DNA of 64,000 bases from Eledone cirrhosa. Taxonomy: Eukaryota. The notes under the pieces were generated by a model. It saw only the letters and a list, made by a program, of their open reading frames with translations, had not been told where the DNA came from and searched no databases. Location of the stretch: positions 56,482,001-56,546,000 of the forward strand of contig OZ024744.1 of the NCBI GenBank assembly GCA_964016885.1, in the 5' to 3' direction. Positions 53,865 through 64,000 of the stretch are shown in pieces. Every line of letters starts with the position of its first letter. Position 1 is the stretch's first letter. A program made the position numbers and the translations under genes.

Positions 53865-54133
53865 AGAGTATTGAAGTTTGCTTGAAGCATTGTGGAATAA
53901 TAGGTAAATATCTTTAAGTCGTTTGGAAGCCTCGACAATGCAAATGGGTAAATCTCCGGGTAACAAGATTCGGTGGTGGAGAGAGAGATGTAAGTGGGTG
54001 TACGTTGAGATGCGTGGCGTGTATAAGACGTGTAGAGGAATGAAGGCAGAGAATGGACTGACAGCTAGCACCACCCCACTCCCACATTCGGCCAATGTGG
54101 GAGTGGGGTGGTGCTAGCTGTCAGTCCATTCTC
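53862..54133 (-). mobile_element. TA-flanked element related to 23754-24060, ending in a perfect 40-bp-arm hairpin
   Basis: Arms at 54049-54088 and 54094-54133; shared 3' block. Confidence 0.68.
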
Positions 54134-54276
54134 ATATTATTAAGGCGAAATATTGAGTTCTGTTACTCTGGAGTTCCGTGTTTTTATCACAGTGTCATCA
54201 GACAAGAACTGGTGACCATGTGATAAACTAACAAAACTCCAGTGTAACAAGACTCACTATTTAGCCTTAATAAAAT
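54134..54276. mobile_element. MITE-like imperfect palindrome
   Basis: ATTAAGGCGAAATA.TGAGT..TGTTAC.CTGGAGTT with an inverted partner. Confidence 0.6.
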
Positions 54277-54341
54277 GAATATTAAAACTCTACTTTGGTA
54301 TTGAGTATACTTTTCTCTCAGCTGTCAACCACACACGGTTA

Positions 54342-54784
54342 TCTCTCTATATATAAAACGGAAGATGTCTGTCTGTGTGTGTATGATTTTAATGCATTTC
54401 CACATTTCTCTACCGATTTTGATGATTTTTTTTCCAATGTGCTCCAAATTTACCAAGGATGGTCAATGCGTAATAAACTTTGCCAAAAATTTCATGCTTC
54501 TATGAAAAACAATCGATAAAACTAAATACATGCCATAACCCTCTCTCTTACACGCTTAATTCCTCTCACTACTACCCTAAAAAATCTATGAAACTACATA
54601 CATGTTGCAACTCTCTCTATACATATATATATCACACACACACACATATACATCTAAAGAGAGAAAGGGAGATGTAGAGAGTGAGATAGGTCGTTATACA
54701 GAGAGAGATAATCAGATAGATAGAGAGAGAATGGCGACGAACGCTGGTTCACACACACACACACAAACACATATATATATATAA

Positions 54785-54851
<67 letters not shown>

Positions 54852-56692
54852 TGTTCTTTATTGTTCTCCATTCTGTAGAGGAAGAGAGAGAGGGGGTATG
54901 AGTGAGAGCGAGAAAGAGAGAGAGAAGGTATGAGAAAAAAGGGAGAGGGGTTGAGAAAGAAAGAAAGTTTAAGCAAAGAATCGCTGCTTTCAACATTAAC
55001 GGGATCTTCTTAAACTAAAACAAACAATCTGTGAACGCAGAATTAAATATTTTGAGAAACGTTGCAACCGAAGGAAAACAGGAAGACAATATTTTGGTTC
55101 GTGAAGACGTTCCGTGGTAATGAATGGAAAAAAAGCGAGGATAATACGTCGTTATGTGGACCGAGAAGAACAATTTCATGCAAATACGAGACCATGTTTA
55201 TGGTATAAATGGAGTCGTTAGAATAATATTCTATTTAACATAACAGAATGATTTCCAGCCCCGGAGTTTAAAAATGATGTAAATAAAATTGAAAACGAAA
55301 ATGACAGAGGTTATTTAAATAGTTGTTTCTACTTTTGGCACAAGGCCAGCAAATACTCAGTACATTACTGGTACTTTATTTTATCAACTCCGTAAGGATG
55401 AAAGGCAAAGTTAAACTCGACGGGATTTTAACTTTGCCTTAAAATAGTAAAAGTAAATAGTGAAGATTTAGGCCAGTACATATGTATGTGCCGACGGACA
55501 TACACATACATATACATATACATACGCACACACAAATACATACACACACACAAACACACACACGCGCGCGTGCGTGTGTGTGTAAACCTTATGCATTTCT
55601 ACAGTATTTTCACCAAACTTAAGACATAGGTTACTTATGTACTCCGGTTGGTCATGGGCACTTTCATTTTTCCAGATATTGATTATAAGGCCTCCCGGCA
55701 GATAACCCCCTTTAACCACTTCCTTGGAGTCGGCTGAAGCACTGCAGTGCAATGCAACAAAACGTCATAACTTCTGGAGTTTGCAACCGATTTTCACAAA
55801 ACCTAACACATGGGCAACGTTTGTTCTACAGATGAATGTGAAAGGAACTTAACATTGTAACTTTAACAGAGTTACTGAGCCGCCCCGAGCAACGCCGGGC
55901 TTTACTGCTATAGGCGATAAAGTTGTGCAGATAGACAGTCATGCAGAGAGGTGATATAGGCGATAAAGTTGTGCAGACAGACAGTCATGCAGAGAGGTGA
56001 TATAGGCGATAAAGTTGTGCAGACAGACAGTCATGCAGAGAGGTGATATAGGCGATAAAGTTGTGCAGACAGACAGTCATGCAGAGAGGTGATATAGGCG
56101 ATAAAGTTGTGCAGACAGACAGTCATGCAGAGAGGTGATATAGGCGATAAAGTTGTGCAGACAGACAGTCATGCAGAGAGGTGATATAGGCGATAAAGTT
56201 GTGCAGACAGACAGTCATGCAGAGAGGTGATATAGGCGATAAAGTTGTGCAGACAGACAGTCATGCAGAGAGGTGATATAGGTGATAAAGTTGTGCAGGC
56301 AGACAGACAGTCGTGCAGAGAGGTGATAGGCGATAAAATTACATTTTTTTTTTTTTTCATGTCCACCTAATTTCTTTGTTTCAAAATAACTGATAGTTAG
56401 GTTACGCTGATGTTTTTCTCTGAGACAAGTGTTGCAGTGTTTACATTTTCGATTTTTGTTAATAGATTACCAGTGCAGCTTTTATCACCAGCATCTGTTT
56501 TAATATTCGAGTTATGGTTATGTTTTCTTAACTTCATACGGCATACTGTTGGTTGAGGGAATATTAATCAAAAGTACCACATGAAAGTCTACACTGTAGA
56601 CTCTACAGTTTTTAAGCCAAGAAAGGAACTTAACATTGTAACTTTAACACAGCTACTGAGCAACCCCGAGCAACGTCGGGCTTTACTGCTAG
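54342..56692 (+). mobile_element. Non-autonomous Helitron with two 3' terminal modules
   Basis: 5' end A|TCTCTCTATATATAAAA. Hairpin CCCGAGCAACGTCGGG precedes CTAG|T. An earlier copy of the terminus lies at 55841-55910. Confidence 0.75.
55910..56337. repeat. 46-bp tandem array, about 9 units
   Basis: Unit ATAGGCGATAAAGTTGTGCAGACAGACAGTCATGCAGAGAGGTGAT. Confidence 0.96.
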
Positions 56693-56713
56693 TATATATA
56701 TATATATATACAT

Positions 56714-57112
56714 ATTAATTAAACAAATTATTGCCAAATATACTATACATACATTCATGTATACATCGTTATTTCAGAGCACCAATACTGATACCTAATT
56801 TTTGCTGGACCGGCAATTGCTCTGTTTAATCAGCTCCTAGATATTACTGGAATTCTATAGGAGTCCAGAGTCCAGGTTCTATAATTTTAGGCAAAGGCAG
56901 CGGAGTGTGTGGTCTTGATAAATGCTAACAAGCGAGAAACAGACTGTCGATCACTCTCCCTTTGTTTTTGCTGAAAATAAATAAGTGACATAGTCACTAC
57001 TTTAAAACTAATAGAAAATGGTCTTCAAAATGTGTTTAATTAAACATTCAGTATATTGCCAAATATACTATACATACATTCATGTATACATAGCTATTTC
57101 TGAGCACCAATA
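56714..57112 (+). mobile_element. Retrozyme-like element, 325-bp period (about 1.2 units), TA-flanked
   Basis: Direct repeat 56729-56787 = 57054-57112, with an internal hammerhead. Confidence 0.75.
56902..56959 (+). ncRNA. Type I hammerhead ribozyme, U3-A8 core variant
   Basis: GTGGTC-TTGATAA-a-TGCT-aaca-AGCG-a-GAA-ACAG-A-CTGT-C-GATCAC. Confidence 0.7.
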
Positions 57113-57130
57113 TATATATATATATTTATA

Positions 57131-58100
57131 TCATCATCATCATCGTTTAACATCCATTTTCCACATTAGTATTGGTTAGACAAGCTGTCTAGATGTAAAA
57201 CAAGCCAGGTTAGAGGACCATGTTTTTCTCACACAGAACTGATTTTGGCTGGTTTCTATGGTTGGATGCCTTCCCTAATACCAACCACATTTACAGTATG
57301 TACTGGGTGCTTTTTGTTGTGATACCTACACCACCACTTTAACTGTGGACTGGGTGTTTTTTTATCATGACTCCTACACAATTAATTTACAGTGTGGGCT
57401 GGGTGCTTTTTGTCATGACACCTACATGACCACCTTACAGTGTGGATTGGGTACTTTTTTTCATGTCACCATCATGCCCACTTTAGGGTGAGGGCTGGGT
57501 GCTTTTTGCCATGGAACCTACATGACAACTTTACAGTGTGGACTGTGTGCTCATTGTCATGCCACCAAATAACTACTTCATAGTGTAGAATGGGGACTTT
57601 GCACCCCCCCCCCCTTTATACAGCTATCATCCTTCATACAAATCACATGTCCATACCAATGCCATTTCCTCTCCTGCACACTGCATTTGATCCCTTTTAT
57701 GCCTAATTTCTCTCTCAGTGCATTTATACTTTGCTGCTCATGTATATTACTATTAGACATCGATCGAAGCAGAGAAGCTTCTTTTCTTTCCAGTCTTTGC
57801 AGGTCCTCTACATACAGCTCCCAGGTCTTGCTTCTGTGCGGAGGATTGGCAGTATCGGTAGAGGGTTGGACGCCATGCTTTGACGCATAGAGTTACGGTC
57901 CTTGCCATTCTGAGTTCAAATCGCGCCGAGGTTAACTTTGCCTTTCATCCTTTCGGGGTCGATAAAATAAAGTACCAGTAATACACTGGGTAATTGCTGG
58001 CCTTGTGCCAAATGTAGAAACAATTATTGTTTGTACACATGTATCATACAGTCTGCCTTTGATTTTGAGGGGAAAACCTTTTGTAGTTAGCAGCAGTAGA
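57131..58100 (-). mobile_element. Degenerate RTE 3' fragment interrupted by a SINE
   Basis: 3' UTR with multiple ACAGTGTGG repeats and WYGHV. The coding remnant resumes after 58028. Confidence 0.8.
57837..58028 (+). mobile_element. tRNA-derived SINE with a Nin-like core
   Basis: TGGCAGTATCGG, GAGTTCAAATC and CTTTGCCTTTCATCCTTTCGGGGTCGATAAAATAAAGTACCAG. Confidence 0.8.
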
Positions 58101-59419
58101 GAGGATTGTATGGTGTTAAGACCTGTCACACTATCATAGGTGCGTGTTGATTGTGTAGTGGAAAATATAGTTTTTGCAATTTTCTGTGTGTGATTAGAGC
58201 TTGAAGTGTCAAAATCTAGGTTTTTCAACTTAACCAACTGTAAACTGAAATTTATAAGGGGAAATGAGGCGCATCACTGGGAGAAAGGGTGTACATTATA
58301 GAGCTCACCTAGGGCACTAAATATGCAGATTCTGGCTCAACTCATAATAACATTTTCATAGTCCAACCTGTGCTAGCATAGAAAAAGGATATAAATAGTA
58401 ATGACGGTCCCTCTTTTTCTGAGTATTAGTGATTATAACAGACATTGACTTATCCAAACTCCTTCCAACATTTTCTTATCTCTCATTATCCTAACAGTGG
58501 TTCCAGCCCACCTTCTTTATCTCTGTATAATAAGATTTTATAACTGTGAATAAAATGCGGTGTGGTAAATAAACATATGCATATACAGCAAGTCCGAACG
58601 GAACCAAACTCTCACTGTCACTGCCTCCGTCTCTCCTGCTTTCCCAATCTCTCACTATTATGAGCAAATGGAGGCCCACATGCTAGCAATCCTGCAGCCC
58701 TGGCAGAGAAAATAGAGAAGGCGTTTCCCTGGAGGATGGTAAATGGTAAGGGAGATGCACTGGAAGAGCCATTCAAGCTCATGAGGCTCACACCTGTGGG
58801 TAGCAAACTCTGTGCCGATGGTGGTGAGTAGGGCAGTGACCCTAGGGGCAAGGACATCTATGTAAGGTGGCCAATTTGGCAGAATCGTTATAACATTGGA
58901 TATTTGTTCCAGGTTTAGGTATTCTGAGTTCATATCCTACCAAGGTCCACTTTGTCTTTCATCCTTTTGAGTTGTGTTTTGATAGAGAAAACACCCGCAC
59001 ATAGCTGGTACAAACTTATTGTCTTACAGGTGATCATTTCCTAGATTTTACTGGATAAAAGGATGTAGGTATCGGAGGGTGTCTGTATTTGGTCATGTTT
59101 GTATGAACACCTAAAACTCTTAACAAAAGAATGGTACATAACACCAAGTCATACTCAATTGAGAGTGAGGGCTGTTGTTAATTTTAATTTTTTTTTAATA
59201 GTTTATGTCCCCTAGGTAACAAAACATTTACTATTTTTAGTTAATTATCTCAGCATAGCCTTCCATTTAATATGACAACTCACATTGTTGTTTTATTTCC
59301 TTACAGCTGCTGGACACAGACAAACGCACATATATAATATGTATGACCTTCTGATCAAGCAGGTGAAACTCAAGAGTAACAAGACTCATTATTTAACCAT
59401 AGTAAATGAATACATATAT

Positions 59420-60210
59420 AGGACCGAGACCTCTGGCGTTATGCAATAATACAGAAGACCCGACTTCCCTCAGGTACAAGCTGAAGCTGAAGCATATAGA
59501 CAGTATTCCCCTGCCCACTTCCACTGGAAGTTGGTCGTGTAGGTGTCATGACAAAAATCACCTAGTCCACACTAAAAATGGTCGTGTAGGTACCATGGTA
59601 AAAAGCACCCAGTACTCACTGTAAAGTGGTCGTGTAGGCGCCATGATAAAAAGTATCCAGTACTTACTGTAAATGAGGTTGGTGTTAGGAAGGGCATCCA
59701 GCTGTAGAAATCAAACCAAAATCAGTTCTGTATGAGCAAGACATGGTCACCTGACCTGGCATTGCCCACAACAGGAAAACTCATCTAACCCATGCTAGCA
59801 TGTAAGACTGAATGTAAAACGGTGATGATGATGATGTATATATATATTTATCACTATCCCTACTCCATCCTTCCACTCCCGCCAACACCACCCTTTCTCT
59901 ATAAAGTTATGTTGGTACCACAACATCCAGTCCAAACTAATGAGGTTGTGTAGGTGTCACGACAAAAAAAAACAACACAGTCCATGCTGTAATGTGGTTG
60001 TGTAAGTAACACGATAAAAAGCTCCCAGTCCACACTGTAAATATGGTTGGTGTTAGGAAGGGCATCCAGCTGTAGAAAACCTGCCAGACAGTCCTATATG
60101 AGCAAGACAAGGTCACCTGACTAATCTTGCCTCAAGTGGGACAATTCCCGTCTAACCCTTGTTAGCGTGGAAGATAGACGTTAAACGATGATGATGATCA
60201 TGATGATGAT
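59420..60210 (+). mobile_element. Two tandem solo RTE 3' UTRs (family B, then family A-like)
   Basis: Each ends in (GAT)n, at about 59836 and 60210. Confidence 0.85.
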
Positions 60211-60229
60211 ATATATATACATATATATA

Positions 60230-63200
60230 TGCCTCTCACTCTCTCTCTACGAAAGTCATCCCCTATCACTTACCCATTACCTCCGTTCTTCTCTCTCATT
60301 CATTCATTTTGAAGTTTACAAAGTTAGATGAACATCTTCGAAATCCTTGCATATTTGCCTCATCTAATATGCCTACTTATACCGGCTTATTTCACCCAAA
60401 TCTCCTGTGATGTTATACGCCATGATGGCTACCTATCTCACAATTTCCCCTCACACCACCATAGGCTATTCAACCAATCAAACCTCAGCAACATGCCCCC
60501 ACCCATTATCAACCCCAACAAACTCTGCCATTGCTACTACTACTAATACTGTTCTCCTAGCCCTTACCAGCCCAAACAAACACTGCCATTACTACTACTG
60601 TCCCTCTAGTCCTGCACCAAAGAATTCCTTTACCATTATGTATGGATAAATGGAACAACCCCGAATTAATAAATGAATATGAATCCGCAAGTTACCAAGC
60701 ACCCACGAGAAGATTTAATTCAGAGACAGGTAGTATACACCCCCTGCAAAAATTTAACCTTTCCCACGAATGATGGCAAACGCCCAAAACTCCGAGCTGG
60801 AACCATCAATGTAAGCACAATGAAAGGAAGAGCAGGAGAAATTGTAGAGATGCTAGAGTGAAAGGAAATTGATGTATGCTGTGTGCAAGAGACTAGATTG
60901 AGAGGAGAGTCTGCTAGAGTCCTTGTAGGCAAAAATCAGTGCTACAAATTTATCTGGGTGGGAAATGACGATGGGATGGGTGGTGTAGGTATTCTACTAG
61001 CTGACAAGTGGGTAGATAAAGTAATCTCAGTGAACAGGGTGAATGTAAGAATCATTAAACTCAGACTAGTCCTGAATAAAACAATTACCACAATAATATC
61101 AGCTTATGCACCCCAATCGGGGTTGCCAGACGAACTTAAGGATAGGTTTTACATGTGCTTGATGCACACCACTGCCCTAACAAATGACAATGACTTCCTA
61201 ATCATTGCAGGAGACTTTAACGGACATGTTGGGAAACACTGTGATGGCTTCTATAGAGTCCATGGAGGCCACGGGTTTAGCACAAGAAATGAAGAAGGCT
61301 TCAGGCTTCTAGAATTCTGTGACGTCAATGACATATGATATGTAACACAAACTTCAAAAATTTTGACAACCATCTGATCACCTATAGATCAGGGGAGCAT
61401 TCTAGTCAGATAGATTTTATCCTCTGCAGAGGACGTGACAGATGGACGGTTGTAAACACAAAAGCCTTCCCTAGTGAGGAATGTACCTCCCAACATAACT
61501 TAGTTGTCAGCGACCTCATGACGAACTAGACAAACTTGGAAACAGACAGCAACCCGGAGAAGAAAGATCTGGAAGCTGAAAGACCCCTCAGCCAGTAACA
61601 GATTTAAAAATATCTTACTCGACGCCTATGACAGTAAAGAAGAACAGATAGAGACATTCAATGTAGAAGAGCACTGGGAGTTCCTAAAAAATAACTTACT
61701 AAAGGCGACAGACGAGATCTGTGGTTGGAGCAAGACCACAAGCAGGAGGAGAGTGACTTGGTGGTGGAACAATAAGGTAAATGACGCAGTTAAGGCTAAG
61801 AGACAGGCATGGAAAGAACAGGAGAAGCAGGGTAGATTACATAGAGACCAGGAGGGAAGCTAGGCGACAAGTATACTTAGCTAGAAGGGAAGCAGAAGAT
61901 AAAAAATTCAAGCATGTTTTGCAGCGTGAGGACTAGAAACAGGAGGTGTTCGGGATTGCAAAACAGTGTGTCAGAGAGAATTGTTATGTTAGTGGAGAGA
62001 AGTGTGTCCAGAATGATAAAGGTGAGCTTTCCCTCACAAATGCTGAGAAGAAAGATGCGTGAAAGAACCATTATGAAAGATTACTAAATGAGGAGTATGC
62101 ATGGGAGAAAGAGACTCTACTCCAAGTGGACCCTATCGAGGGGCCAGCAGTACAAGTCAGCAGCAGTGTAGTAAGGCAATCACAGATATGAAGACAGGGA
62201 AGGCAACTGGTCCATTAGGTATAGCTGCTGAGATGCTGAAGGCATCTGGGTCGGTAGGTCACACCATAACCACCCGTATTGTTAACCAGGTAATACTAGA
62301 GGGTGTCATACCAAAAGATTGGTGCAGCAGCATCATTGTCAACTGCTACAAGGGTAAAGGTGATGCACTAGATAGAGGAAACTATAGAGGTATAAAGCTG
62401 ATGGACCAGGTCATGAAAGTAACGGAAAGAGTTATAGCACAGTTGATTAGGAACTGGGTAAAACTAGATGAGATGCAATTTGGGTTTGTGCCAGGAAAAG
62501 GCACTGTACAAGCCATGTATAGGGGAGCAGTCATCAAAGTTAGGGTTAGCAATGACTATAGCGAGGAATGTAGCATACAGGTCGGTGTCAACCAGGACTC
62601 TGTTCTTAGCCCTGAAGAGCTTAAGACCGGATGCCCATGGGAACTCCTGTATGCAGATGATCTCACACTTATAGCTGAAACTATAGTGGAACTAGAAGAA
62701 ATTCTAAACATGTAAGCAGGGACTAGAAAGAAAGGGTCTCAAAGTCAACCTGACAAAGACTAAGGTTCTCGTAAGTAAACAGAACCCAGATCCCCTCAGG
62801 GAAATGGCCTTGCTTAGTATGTAGGAAAGGTGTAGGTAGGAACTCCATCCTCTTCCCCAAATGCAAACAATGGGTACACAGGAGATGTAGTGGGATCTCA
62901 GAAAGCTTAGTTAAGAATGTAGGCTTTACTTGTAGCAGATGCACCAGGACAGCAAGCAGCAAATGGCAACAGGAAACAAACACCACCAAAGTCTGGGAGG
63001 GCTCTGTAGAAATAGTAAACAGCTTCTGCTACCTAGGTGACCAAATTAACAGTGGAGGTGGGTGTTTTGAAAGTACAGTAATAAGGGTAAGAATGGGATG
63101 GAAGAAGTTCAAGGAGCTACTATCACTGCTAGCTGCAAAAGGCTTTTCTCTCAAAATGAAAGGCAGACTGTATGATGCATGCATACGGACAGCAATGTTA

Positions 63201-63468
63201 CATGATAGTGAGACCTGGGTGTTGTGTGTTGAAGACTTGCGTAGATTAGAAAGAAACGAAACTTGCATATAGACAATATGCCCCCACCCCCTCCCACTGC
63301 AAAGTGGATGTGTATGCGCCACGGCAAAAAAACACCCAGCCCACACTGTAAATGAGGTTGGTGTTAGGAAGGGCATCCAGCTGTAGAAATCAAACCAGAA
63401 TCAGTTCCCGTATGAACAAGGCATGGTCAGCCAACCGTGGAAGAACGGATGTAAAATGGTGATGATCA
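60230..63468 (+). mobile_element. Near full-length, inactivated RTE family B copy
   Basis: 5' UTR, APE, RT and finger pieces are in order, with many stops, frameshifts and deletions. Confidence 0.93.
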
Positions 63469-63486
63469 TAAGGATCATATATACAT

Positions 63487-63597
63487 TTCTTCTTCTTCTT
63501 CTTCTTCTTCTTCTTCTTCTTCTTCTTCTTCTTCTTCTTCTTCTTCTTCTTCTTCTTCTTCTTCTTCTTCTTCTTCTTCTTCTTCTTCTTCTTCTCT
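63487..63597. repeat. (CTT)n microsatellite
   Basis: Direct inspection. Confidence 0.97.
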
Positions 63598-63629
63598 TCC
63601 TCCTCTCCTCCTCCTTCCAATTATTCAAT

Positions 63630-64000
63630 TATTCCTAAGATGGTCGTGGGGACAGAGCCTCAAACACTCCTTCCAGCAGGTCCTGTCAGAAACAACTATC
63701 TCCAACTGATCTGGCAGGATTACCAAGTGAGACCAGCCAAGCTCATGGATGTTATCCAACCATCTTGCTCGGGGATACCCCTGGGTCTCCTGTTGGTTGG
63801 CTTTGCCCATAAAATCTGTCCAGTGATTGTTTCAAGAGACATTCTAACCTCATGCCCATAGTATTGGAGCTGTGATCTCTCAATTTGGAGAAATAGTGGC
63901 TCTACCTGGCGTGATTCACTGATCTCTGAGTTATGCACTTTATTGAGTAACGTTGGTTCAAAGACCTTTCGGAGGAACCCCATTTCAGCCACTTGTATTC
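63630..64000 (-). mobile_element. RTE-type LINE 3' fragment
   Basis: AEMGFLR...IERSQLQYYGH.VRM and PRARWLD. Confidence 0.8.

Noticed and set aside
58610-58830. GC-richer stretch that might be a host exon
   Set aside because: No recognisable domain or convincing splice pair; cannot be supported without transcript data.

Overview
AT-rich, repeat-saturated metazoan genomic DNA. A cephalopod/octopus origin is inferred from the long (TA)n tracts, abundant RTE LINEs and Nin-type tRNA SINEs, but is not proven. I found no host protein-coding exon. The window holds one apparently intact RTE-clade LINE (APE + RT, with a C4HC3 PHD-type finger inside the RT) and many truncated or deleted relatives. It also holds an intact IR/DR-type Tc1 (DD34E) transposon, R4-like and CRE-like RLE retroelement remnants, a Penelope GIY-YIG remnant, a non-autonomous Helitron with two 3' ends, SINEs, MITEs, and four minisatellite arrays (39, 17, 83 and 46 bp). 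The main hidden layer is a set of small non-coding elements in (TA)n tracts that carry hammerhead ribozyme motifs. Several are Penelope/retrozyme-type minimal type I hammerheads. One family, in three diverged copies (9601-9702 +, 17440-17541 +, 36631-36733 -), has all hammerhead core motifs in a non-nested, pseudoknotted order, with a kink-turn on stem III and a four-way junction replacing stem II, supported by compensatory changes. That candidate ribozyme architecture is the top finding. It was folded by eye and is untested.
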